Shown here in pieces: positions 7,154 to 15,905 of a stretch of 32,000 nt of DNA. Position numbers and translations under genes: made by a program. Source of the DNA: Candidatus Thorarchaeota archaeon (lineage in GTDB: Archaea; Asgardarchaeota; Thorarchaeia; Thorarchaeales; Thorarchaeaceae). How positions within the stretch are numbered: the stretch's first letter is position 1; each line of letters starts with the position of its first letter. Below the pieces are notes generated by a model. That model was not told the DNA's origin, did not search any database, and saw only the letters and a program-made list of their open reading frames with translations. Location of the stretch: positions 30,001 to 62,000 of the forward strand of contig SHMX01000008.1 of the NCBI GenBank assembly GCA_008080745.1. The letters run 5' to 3'.

Positions 7154-7702
7154 ATGTCTGTTGATATATTCAAATCAATGCTAGTCGGCGCACCAAATGT
7201 TGGTAAGAGTTCAATTCTGCGACGATACAAGTTCGACGAATTCTCAGAGTCCTATACTGCCACCATTGGCGTAGATATGTCTGCTTCAACATTTGATTTT
7301 CCAACTGGAAAAGTTGTCCTAACTCTCATTGATATTGGTGGCCAACCTGCCTTTACTGATGTACAGAATGCTTTCTTTGCAGGTACTCACCACATTATTT
7401 TCATTTATGATGTAACTAAAGAATCAACCTTTAAACGGATACCTGATTTATACGAGCTTCTTTCAAAGAAGATATACGGTGGAGAGGCTGGATTCGTTAG
7501 TGGTTCTCTAGTGGCTAACAAAATCGATCTAGGAAAAAAAAGAATAGTTACACGAGAAGATGGGATTCTCACGTCAAATATTCTCAGTTTGAAATATTTT
7601 GAAGTGAGTGCAAAAACAGGTGAAGGAGTAAGTGAAGTATTCACTCACGCTGCTTCAGAATGTAGCCATACAGAACAGCCCGCGATAAAGGGGTATTTAT
7701 GA
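7154..7702 (+). CDS. Rab-like small GTPase (Ras superfamily), paralog 1
   Basis: G1 GAPNVGKS, G2 YTATIG, G3 DIGGQ, G4 NKID, G5 SAK. Rab-like IGVDM and FIYDVT. Start at MSVDIF is inferred. Confidence 0.92.
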   Translation: MSVDIFKSMLVGAPNVGKSSILRRYKFDEFSESYTATIGVDMSASTFDFPTGKVVLTLIDIGGQPAFTDVQNAFFAGTHHIIFIYDVTKESTFKRIPDLYELLSKKIYGGEAGFVSGSLVANKIDLGKKRIVTREDGILTSNILSLKYFEVSAKTGEGVSEVFTHAASECSHTEQPAIKGYL

Positions 7703-7791
7703 TGGGTCATTTCTTATTTTGATATAGGATAGAATATATTATATGCAAACATGTTATGATTTGATTGGGGCCTACAGACGGGTGCAGCACA

Positions 7792-8364
7792 GTGACTCGT
7801 GTTTATAGAACATTAATTATTGGCCCACGGAATGTGGGTAAAACATCATTGGTAAAGCGGTATCTTTACGATAGCTTTGACGAATCGTATACTGCAACAG
7901 TGGGGGTTGATATGAGTGTATACGATCTTGAATTTCCAGATGGCCGGGTTGTGGTAACAGTTCTCGATTTGGCTGGGGCACAGACCTTTCAATCTTTGAA
8001 GAATCGGTTCTATTGGGATACGCATCATGTGATAGCTGTATATGATGTTGCTGATCGCAAGACTTTCGAAACAATACCCGATTGGTATAATTCTATCTCC
8101 GAGGGACTCTGTATTCCTGGGTCTTTAGCACTCTCCGGTTGTTTAGTTGCAAACAAAATTGATACGGATAAAGAAATCGAAATAGATCCGATAGAAGCAC
8201 AACTCTTAGCTAGTCTACTAAACTGGGAATATTATGAAACTAGTGCAAAGACCGGAAGGAATGTAAGCGAATTATTCGTCCACGCTGCAATTTCATGCCG
8301 AACAAATCCCCTGCGTCAGAGTCATCTTGATAATCTACAGCTCCTTTCTGATTTTTCTCCCTGA
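7792..8364 (+). CDS. Rab-like small GTPase (Ras superfamily), paralog 2
   Basis: G1 GPRNVGKT, G2 YTATVG, G3 DLAGA, G4 NKID, G5 SAK. GTG start at 7792 inferred from the upstream GGGTG and alignment with paralog 1. Confidence 0.92.
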   Translation: MTRVYRTLIIGPRNVGKTSLVKRYLYDSFDESYTATVGVDMSVYDLEFPDGRVVVTVLDLAGAQTFQSLKNRFYWDTHHVIAVYDVADRKTFETIPDWYNSISEGLCIPGSLALSGCLVANKIDTDKEIEIDPIEAQLLASLLNWEYYETSAKTGRNVSELFVHAAISCRTNPLRQSHLDNLQLLSDFSP

Positions 8365-8467
8365 TTTTTGTACCTCTATTATGGATTCTCTAGAATGAGC
8401 CATTAATCCAGTCTGACATGTGTACTACTTACTAACTGACAAATACAATATCCTGTGATTGATTTCT

Positions 8468-9100
8468 TTAATGTTCGAGCTTCTCGATAATAGATGCATA
8501 CTGTTCAGCGGTAAGCGCTCTTTTCAACAGCTCATTATCGTATCCTTCTTTTTTCAATATCTTGAGTATTTCAGAAACCCGTTCCTCAATACTTCTAAAC
8601 ATATTAGTTGAAAGCTGAATCTCCAGGGGAATGACTCCAAGTTGATAACCGTGAAAATCGATTTTTTTAATATGAGGATACATATCAGGGCCGTTCTCCC
8701 ATATACAGCTCTTTTCTCTAGTCCTTCTTAGTGATTCCTCAGAAACTAAATGTGCTATTTCGAATTTCATGCCATCAATCATCCATCTTGCCATGTACCA
8801 TTGTTCTTTACCATCTTCTGATATAATGGTGAACACAGGTTTGTCAACTGTCGAGAGCCAGTCATCAACGGAATCACTGGGAGTCTTTTGAACAGCATAC
8901 TCACTCATCAATTCTGCAAAGAATGAAACACCCTCGGCATCCTTTACTAGAATATCTACATCATTAGGCTGAATATCACAACCTTGCAGATATGTAGACA
9001 TGGATCCGCAGACGAGATATTCGAAATTTCTCTCTTGAGATTGACTATACGTTTTATCGAGAAATAATTTTAGGATGTTTTCAAGTTTATTTACATTCAT
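8468..9100 (-). CDS. Nucleotidyltransferase-fold (pol-beta superfamily) protein
   Basis: LVCGSMSTYLQGCDIQPNDVDILV gives the hG[GS] plus DxD signature. Start moved to MNVNKL because the upstream track residues look non-coding. Confidence 0.65.
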   Translation of the reverse strand: MNVNKLENILKLFLDKTYSQSQERNFEYLVCGSMSTYLQGCDIQPNDVDILVKDAEGVSFFAELMSEYAVQKTPSDSVDDWLSTVDKPVFTIISEDGKEQWYMARWMIDGMKFEIAHLVSEESLRRTREKSCIWENGPDMYPHIKKIDFHGYQLGVIPLEIQLSTNMFRSIEERVSEILKILKKEGYDNELLKRALTAEQYASIIEKLEH

Positions 9101-9200
9101 TTTTATTCCCAGCAGTTGGATATTGAAACCACTCAAAAAGTTATCACTCTGGTGTTGTGAGAAAAAGAAGAGAAAAGAGTGGAAAGAATCCACTCAAAAT

Positions 9201-10580
9201 TTACTGGGTGGCTGCAGTTATCCTAACATCTGAAACCTTAATGGATGGGATAAATGTAGGCACATATACTTCCCACCAATAGATTTGCTTTCTATCCTTT
9301 CCCATAGCTGAGATGTTCTTAAACATTCGAAGCATGTTATCACTAATTCTAATGTTCTTTATTGGCTTCATCTCTCCATTTTCTATGAAAAATGTAGCAT
9401 CTCTGGGTATTGTGGAAAACTCGCCAGTTTGATAGTTCTGCCATCGAGTATACCAATTAGATGTAACATAGATGGTTGGCTTGTCGCTCTCCAAGAGTTC
9501 TTCAAGGGTATAATCACCCTCATTGAATACAATATTGGATGAGTCGGGCAATAGCATTCTTAGACCTTGACCTAGGCCAACGAATTCTGAACTACCCGTT
9601 GTTTCTGTTTCATACATCCTTGCTGTAGATGTGTTGTGTGTGAAATGCTTGAAAATACCATTATCTATGATATCGATATTCTGAGTTGGAGTTCCCTCCA
9701 CGTCAAAACCTCTGCTTGCCATTCCTTCAGGCATATGAGGATTGTCGGAAGCAGTTACGAAATCAGGTCCAACTTGCTGTCCGATTTTATCACCCAAAGG
9801 AGACATTCCTATCAAGACGAGAAATGGATTGGCCGCTCCTGGTAGATATCCAATTACATTAGCAGCTACAGTGGGGTTCATAACTAAATCATAGGTTCCA
9901 GGCGCTCCCTGTATTGCTCCATTAGCCCTCTTTGACAATTCACCCGCTTCTCGACCAGCTTCAATCATTGCTTCTTCTGCCTTACTTGGTATCGTTCCAC
10001 AAGTAATTCCTTGTCCAGAGTAATCTAATTCATCTTGAAATGCTCGGACATTTAGGTCATAGTTGGTCTTCTTAGATAGTCCTTCAAACCCAGAGCTTGT
10101 TCTGAGAAATTGTAATTCTTTCCCAAATAGCAATGCACCAGCAACTCGTTTAGCTCCTTCTTGTAGAGCTTTATCTATTGCAGCGTTTACCATTCCAGGT
10201 GCAATCTCATGATAATCATCAATTTTGTCATCATAGATCTTCTTGGGTTCTGTATATTTCTTCACTTCTGTTTCAATACCTGCATAGAACTGAGATTCAG
10301 GCATGAGCTTGGCAAATGCTATACTATCTGCCACTAGTGATCGTACATCGTCTTCATTAGATATAGCTCTTTGACTGAAACCTGTCTTTTCGCCATCGAC
10401 CACAACAAAAAGTTCCATAGTCTGAGTTTCCCAACGTTTGAGAATATCTATCGCACTCTGAGAAAAGCGGATTTGTGAACGTGATGACATATTTGACCTT
10501 GCGATAGCTGCATCCGTTTTATCTTTAGTAAGACTGATAGCTAAATCAGCATATCTCTTTAATTCATCCTGTTTACTCAT
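9201..10580 (-). CDS. pmbA: TldD/PmbA family protein, PmbA/TldE-type non-catalytic subunit
   Basis: GTYDLVMNP, FDVEGTP, NTSTAR and IKNIRISDN family motifs, with no HExxxH. One-nt TAATG overlap with tldD. Confidence 0.85.
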   Translation of the reverse strand: MSKQDELKRYADLAISLTKDKTDAAIARSNMSSRSQIRFSQSAIDILKRWETQTMELFVVVDGEKTGFSQRAISNEDDVRSLVADSIAFAKLMPESQFYAGIETEVKKYTEPKKIYDDKIDDYHEIAPGMVNAAIDKALQEGAKRVAGALLFGKELQFLRTSSGFEGLSKKTNYDLNVRAFQDELDYSGQGITCGTIPSKAEEAMIEAGREAGELSKRANGAIQGAPGTYDLVMNPTVAANVIGYLPGAANPFLVLIGMSPLGDKIGQQVGPDFVTASDNPHMPEGMASRGFDVEGTPTQNIDIIDNGIFKHFTHNTSTARMYETETTGSSEFVGLGQGLRMLLPDSSNIVFNEGDYTLEELLESDKPTIYVTSNWYTRWQNYQTGEFSTIPRDATFFIENGEMKPIKNIRISDNMLRMFKNISAMGKDRKQIYWWEVYVPTFIPSIKVSDVRITAATQ

Positions 10581-12007
10581 TAGCCAACACCTCCAAGGCG
10601 AATATGTCTAAATCTTATTTCTGGCCCTCCTGCATTAATGGGAACACCTTGTCCAGGATCACTTTTACCGCAGGTTCCGCCCATAAGAAGATTGAACCTC
10701 TTGGAAAGTGCATCAGCTGATGTGAGTAAACCAACACTAGTTGTTTCAAGAACTGGTCTGCGCACCATCGTTTCTGTCAGTTCGCCATCCTTGATTAGAT
10801 ATGCTTCAACACCAGTATATTTGCTCTGGTAACGTCGGTCATCGATATTCCATTCACTAAAGCTTCTCATGAATACTCCCAATTTTACATCCTCAACAAG
10901 TTCTTCAAAGGAATGATCACCTGGTTCAAAGAAGGTGTTTGCCATTCTAATTATCGGTTCTCTACTAAAGGCAGATGCTCGAGCTGAGCCGTTAGATTCC
11001 ATTCCAAATCTTACACCAAACTCTCTATTCAGAAGTGGTTCATGAATTATTCCTTCTTTGATAAGATGACGTTTTCTCGCTTTCACTCCCTCATCATCAT
11101 ACATATAGAACCCAGCACTATTTGGTATAGTTGGGTCCTCTGATACAGTAATCACATCAGATGCAACTCGTGACTTTCCAATTTCTAAGTCTCTCCAGAA
11201 ACTTTCACCTGCTTGAGCTCCCTCTCGTCCCTTAATTCGGTCACCTTCACTTGGGTGACCAACATTTTCATGTGCGATGATTCCTGCTACTTCAGGTCCT
11301 ACAATCATATCAATTGGGTGTTCAAGAAGTTCCGGCAGTTTCTTTGCCTCACTAGCCGCTCGGATGAGTCTCTTTATTTCATCCTCTAATATTTCCAGCA
11401 ATTTTGCCTCTTTGATTCGTTCCCATCCACCTACTTCATTCGCGGTATACATTTTCTGCTCGCTAATTCCCTCTCGAGCTGCAGTCATGATAGCGAAAAT
11501 ATTGATTCGAGAATAATTGCTAGTAATATCCGTACCCTCGCTAGTCATGATATATTTTCGTTGTGTTATTGGAGCTATCATGAACGTGAAGCTTGCCAAA
11601 TCAGACATAATTTCAGTCATATCAGCTGCTAATTCCATAATGGTATCAGTTGAAACATCAATCAGTGGTTCTTTGACTTTAACTTCCCATTTTGCTTTCG
11701 TAGATATTGGCTCTCCCATGTCAATGGGTTCTTTCCTTTTAGCGGTCTTAGCCATTTTGAAAGCAGTCTGAATAGTATCTTCAGCGATTTCCTTATTCAT
11801 TCGGTCAAAAGAAGCAAAACCAAGATTTCCCTCAACGAGAACCCGTACTCCAATTCCTTCAGAGGGTTCCACGCCTCCTGAAACAGGCTGCCCATTTCGG
11901 TAGGCAAAACCTCGGCTTAGTTCTTGGATACACCGGGCCTCTACATATTTACAGCCGAGCTCGCGTCCGTAATCTACACAATACTCAACTAGATCCTTTG
12001 CGTCCAT
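10580..12007 (-). CDS. tldD: TldD metalloprotease subunit
   Basis: HENVGHPSEGDR zinc motif, YDDEGV, RMANTF, C-terminal CGKSDPGQ. Start MDAKDL is inferred. Confidence 0.9.
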   Translation of the reverse strand: MDAKDLVEYCVDYGRELGCKYVEARCIQELSRGFAYRNGQPVSGGVEPSEGIGVRVLVEGNLGFASFDRMNKEIAEDTIQTAFKMAKTAKRKEPIDMGEPISTKAKWEVKVKEPLIDVSTDTIMELAADMTEIMSDLASFTFMIAPITQRKYIMTSEGTDITSNYSRINIFAIMTAAREGISEQKMYTANEVGGWERIKEAKLLEILEDEIKRLIRAASEAKKLPELLEHPIDMIVGPEVAGIIAHENVGHPSEGDRIKGREGAQAGESFWRDLEIGKSRVASDVITVSEDPTIPNSAGFYMYDDEGVKARKRHLIKEGIIHEPLLNREFGVRFGMESNGSARASAFSREPIIRMANTFFEPGDHSFEELVEDVKLGVFMRSFSEWNIDDRRYQSKYTGVEAYLIKDGELTETMVRRPVLETTSVGLLTSADALSKRFNLLMGGTCGKSDPGQGVPINAGGPEIRFRHIRLGGVG

Positions 12008-12134
12008 ATTGAACACCGTTATAAATTCCATTCGACATCCTCTGTTAAAAGATTACCACTATCTCTGAAACGACAGCTAGAAGTCTTAAAATACCTGTAA
12101 CTTCTCTATTTCTTATTGTGGATTTGGTGATTGG

Positions 12135-13475
12135 ATGTCTATCATAGAAGAAACGACTAGTGACAAATGGAGAGCCATTTTCTTTTTCATCCTTCTTGAT
12201 ATCTTGCAGATTCTCTTTGTTTCTCTCTTGGTTATGGACGAGTCGGCTCTGTATGTCGTTGTATTTGATTTATCTAGATTTGACCCAGTTAATTCTCTCA
12301 TTCTATTTCTTGGAATATCTTTCATTCAATTCGTATTGATCTATGGAACCGCCGCTGGAGTGGTGAAAAACCCCAAAATGATTCAAATTTTTCCTGAGCA
12401 GGAAAAAGAGATTAAGCCTTGGAAGTATAGATATTCTCCTCAAGAACTTGTCAAGTGGACTCGAGATATTGCAAAAAAGAGCCATATCTCAATCAAGAGG
12501 ATAATGCTCATGCAATCCCCCCTTCCCAATGCATTCACATTTAGTTTACCAGGTTTTGGTTCAACAGTTGTCATTCATAGCAATATAACAGACCTACTTG
12601 ATCGTGATGAGGTTCAATCAGTTATTGCACATGAACTTGGACATTTGAAGAATCGGGATACCATAATTTCCATTGTTTCTAGAACCCCGGGATTCTATGT
12701 GTTTGTCATCTATCTCTATATTTACTTCCGAATAGGATTGGGATTACTCAATTCTTTAGCTGTGGATTTTGATGTCATCACTGCTGGAGCTCGTGCACTT
12801 GTATTGGTAGGTTTCATTATTCTGACTCTGGTCCTTATTACTATCTCAAGGCTATTTGTCCAGAAGAGCTCTCGTAAAGCAGAACTACTATGCGATTATT
12901 ACTCGTCACAAGTTGTCGGACCTCAGATTACTATCAACTCCTTGATCCGTCTTGGACAACGGGTTGAGGCTGTAACTGCATTGGTGGATGAGATAAAGTG
13001 GTTAGCTCAGATGGATCCTGAGAAAATTAATCCTATGACAGATGAGGAACTGGCACATATTATCAGTAGCTATCCTCTTGATGGGATAGATGAAGATAAT
13101 GCTCGTACAAAAGCACCTGAGCTCTTTCTATCAACCCGGTTACGTAGAATGAGAGAGGTCTATGGAGTGGAATTAAGTGATGAAACTATCCACGATGCGG
13201 TCGATCCTGCAGTTACCCAACTTCTTGAGAAAAGAAGTGAGATGACTCAGGAAGAAGAAGAGGAAGAAGAGGTCACTGTTGACTGGCGAAAAGCTGATGT
13301 TGATGAAGATAAGCGGTTGTCTGAAGAAGAGATATCTGATTTGATTCAACTACTGAAGGAGAATCCTCAGAAGATGTTATTTGACAATGAAGTTGGGGCA
13401 AATATATTGATGCTCGATCATCCAAACTTTCGACAGAGAATTCTATTCGTTGCTGAAGCGTGCAAGATTGAATAG
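12135..13475 (+). CDS. M48 family (HtpX/Ste24-like) membrane zinc metallopeptidase with an inserted C-terminal domain
   Basis: PNAFTF, HELGH (His166), RKAELLCD third-ligand helix, terminal DHPNFRQRI motif, N-terminal and central TM helices. Confidence 0.88.
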   Translation: MSIIEETTSDKWRAIFFFILLDILQILFVSLLVMDESALYVVVFDLSRFDPVNSLILFLGISFIQFVLIYGTAAGVVKNPKMIQIFPEQEKEIKPWKYRYSPQELVKWTRDIAKKSHISIKRIMLMQSPLPNAFTFSLPGFGSTVVIHSNITDLLDRDEVQSVIAHELGHLKNRDTIISIVSRTPGFYVFVIYLYIYFRIGLGLLNSLAVDFDVITAGARALVLVGFIILTLVLITISRLFVQKSSRKAELLCDYYSSQVVGPQITINSLIRLGQRVEAVTALVDEIKWLAQMDPEKINPMTDEELAHIISSYPLDGIDEDNARTKAPELFLSTRLRRMREVYGVELSDETIHDAVDPAVTQLLEKRSEMTQEEEEEEEVTVDWRKADVDEDKRLSEEEISDLIQLLKENPQKMLFDNEVGANILMLDHPNFRQRILFVAEACKIE

Positions 13476-13479
13476 TTCC

Positions 13480-14946
13480 CTACTCCTCTTGGGGATTTAG
13501 ACATACTTCGTCATCAACAGGTTTACCACCTTCTTCAGCAGGGCTTAATCCTCTAAAAGCAGAGATTATCAAACCAATCACAATAAGGATGCTGAATGTG
13601 AATATGACTGATTGGACTGCTTGTTCGTAAGCTACTCCATAGACTAATGATGGATTCTGGATTAGAATGTAAGAGAAAAACCAACCGAAAGCTGCTGTAA
13701 CTGAAGCTATTCCAACTGAAAATCCTGTCGTTCTTGATATGTTAGTAAGAGCACTAATCACTCCCATGTACTGCTTCGGAGCAGAGGTCATTATGAAGTT
13801 ACCATTTGCCACCGTGAATAACGACATTCCAAATGACATAAGACTTACAGATATTATCATCAGAGGTATATTTCCTAGAGTTATTCCAAGAGATAAAAGA
13901 CCTATCATCTCTACTACAAGACCGAAGACAGTCTGATACTTTGCTTTCACTCTTTCTGAAACCCAACCTGAAATCGGTCCAGCAAAAGAAATTACTAAAG
14001 GATATGAAACCAAAAAGAGACCTGTGGCTGACTGTGTAAATCCTAAAGCTTCCTGAAGGTAATATGGTATCAAATAGCTAACTGGCACCATGGCCATGTA
14101 TGAGAATATTGCAGAAAAGATACTTGTTGATATTCTACGGTCCGATAGCACCTTTGTTGGGATAATCGGTGAACAGAAAACACGCTCCCTGTAAATGAAA
14201 CCCAAGAGAGCAACAATCATAATTGCAAAATAAGCCAGTGTCATAACAATGGAGGTTTCTGTAGCTACAGAAACGTAGTAAACCACTGTGAAAAGGAATA
14301 CAAAGAACAGTGCTGCCCCAACAGTATCAAAAGAGGTTTCCAATACTTTTTCGGTTTCTGGGATTATCGCCTTGACAATGAAAAATCCTACTAACCCAAT
14401 GGGTATGTTGATAAGAAATATTGATTGCCAACCAAAGAATTCTGTAAGCACTCCTCCGAGTACTGGTCCAAGACCTAAAGCACCTGCTAATACAATGGAA
14501 TTCAAACCAATAGCTCGACCTCGGTTCTTTGGAGTTGTATAATATGTTACCAATGCAAGTCCATTTGCTGTCATCATGCTTGCACCGATAGCCTGCAAGA
14601 TTCTTGACATCACGAGTAGTATCAATGTTGATGATAAAGCACACATCAGCGATCCTGTTATGAAAATCAGCATTCCCACTTGGAATACTATTGTCTTTCC
14701 AAACCGATCGCCGAGTTTCCCCATTAGGGGCATAGCCGAGGTAATTATGAGCAGGTATGCTAAAACAATCCATTGGATTTCTGACATTCCTACTCCCAAA
14801 CTATTTTGGATGGTAACGAGTGAAACGTTTATGATTGAAGAATCCAGAGCAGATAAGAAAACACCAAAACTTGTAGCTGCCACAATCCTATACGGACCAA
14901 TTTTTGGTTTCTGTGAAACTTGGGATGACCCCGTTTCCTGTTCCAT
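13480..14946 (-). CDS. MFS transporter, DHA2/EmrB-QacA-like 14-TM efflux type
   Basis: LSALDSSIINVSL, motif A GKLGDRFGKT, RILQAIGAS, LGPVLGGVLT. Start MEQETG is inferred. Confidence 0.9.
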   Translation of the reverse strand: MEQETGSSQVSQKPKIGPYRIVAATSFGVFLSALDSSIINVSLVTIQNSLGVGMSEIQWIVLAYLLIITSAMPLMGKLGDRFGKTIVFQVGMLIFITGSLMCALSSTLILLVMSRILQAIGASMMTANGLALVTYYTTPKNRGRAIGLNSIVLAGALGLGPVLGGVLTEFFGWQSIFLINIPIGLVGFFIVKAIIPETEKVLETSFDTVGAALFFVFLFTVVYYVSVATETSIVMTLAYFAIMIVALLGFIYRERVFCSPIIPTKVLSDRRISTSIFSAIFSYMAMVPVSYLIPYYLQEALGFTQSATGLFLVSYPLVISFAGPISGWVSERVKAKYQTVFGLVVEMIGLLSLGITLGNIPLMIISVSLMSFGMSLFTVANGNFIMTSAPKQYMGVISALTNISRTTGFSVGIASVTAAFGWFFSYILIQNPSLVYGVAYEQAVQSVIFTFSILIVIGLIISAFRGLSPAEEGGKPVDDEVCLNPQEE

Positions 14947-15079
14947 ATTGAATCCACTCTTGAAAATCAACCATTAAAAATCAAGTTAAGAGGTTATGGA
15001 TATAACTTACTCTCCATATTGGAAATCAGAACTGCATGTGACCCAATGATTTTTCAACATTAGTTTTTTCTACTGAACT

Positions 15080-15898
15080 ATGTCTGATCCAGTTTCAATT
15101 CAGTCACAGCTAAGACGTGAAATCGATTATAGTATAGAAATCTGGAAAACTATCCTTCTAGATGAAATTGGTGAAGATATCGAATACGTTTACTCCAAAG
15201 GATCATGTATAAAGAATTGGGATTCTCCTATTGATTATGTCCCATTTGTAAGTGATGTTGATATTCATGCATATCTAGTAACAGATGAGAAGGCAAGAGA
15301 TGTTGAGTCTGATCTAGGTCTTGCTTTCAAAGTTTCCTCTAGATACAAGAGAGAATTTTCCGAGGCACACCCAGATGCTCTTCATCTGCCAAGAATTCAA
15401 TTTCTGGTTTTGAATGAATTTTCAAAAAGCCACCTTTATTGTCCTCCAAAACCTTCACAGGTTAGAACTATCATAGGCACCGTGCCTAAGAAACGTTTAC
15501 CACTTCCTGAAGATATTCGAAAAGTAGATCGAACCAATCTTCAATCAGAACGAAAATTTCTTGAGACCTTACCTATGGGTATCATCGACAGGGTCGACTT
15601 GGAATTATGGACAATGCTTAGAAGATTCAGTTTTCGTGTTTCTCCAGCACCAGTCAGAGTAATCACCCAATCACATCGGGATCCTGTTGAAGTCTGGAAT
15701 TGGAACCGTACTAAAATTTCAGAATACCTCAAAGAACATGGGATGCAGCTAATTGCAGAAGAATATACAAAATTCTATGAACTTGGATGGAAATTATTCA
15801 GGGCCAATTTTGAAGGAATTGAGCTCTATCATGAGATTTTTTCCACAGGTACAAGACTACTCTCTTCTTGTATAGCATGTGTCGAAGATGTCCAATAA
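15080..15898 (+). CDS. Hypothetical protein with a nucleotidyltransferase-like signature
   Basis: YVYSKGS...FVSDVDIH gives a GS plus DxD pattern near the N-terminus. Confidence 0.6.
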   Translation: MSDPVSIQSQLRREIDYSIEIWKTILLDEIGEDIEYVYSKGSCIKNWDSPIDYVPFVSDVDIHAYLVTDEKARDVESDLGLAFKVSSRYKREFSEAHPDALHLPRIQFLVLNEFSKSHLYCPPKPSQVRTIIGTVPKKRLPLPEDIRKVDRTNLQSERKFLETLPMGIIDRVDLELWTMLRRFSFRVSPAPVRVITQSHRDPVEVWNWNRTKISEYLKEHGMQLIAEEYTKFYELGWKLFRANFEGIELYHEIFSTGTRLLSSCIACVEDVQ

Positions 15899-15905
15899 AT
15901 GATAA

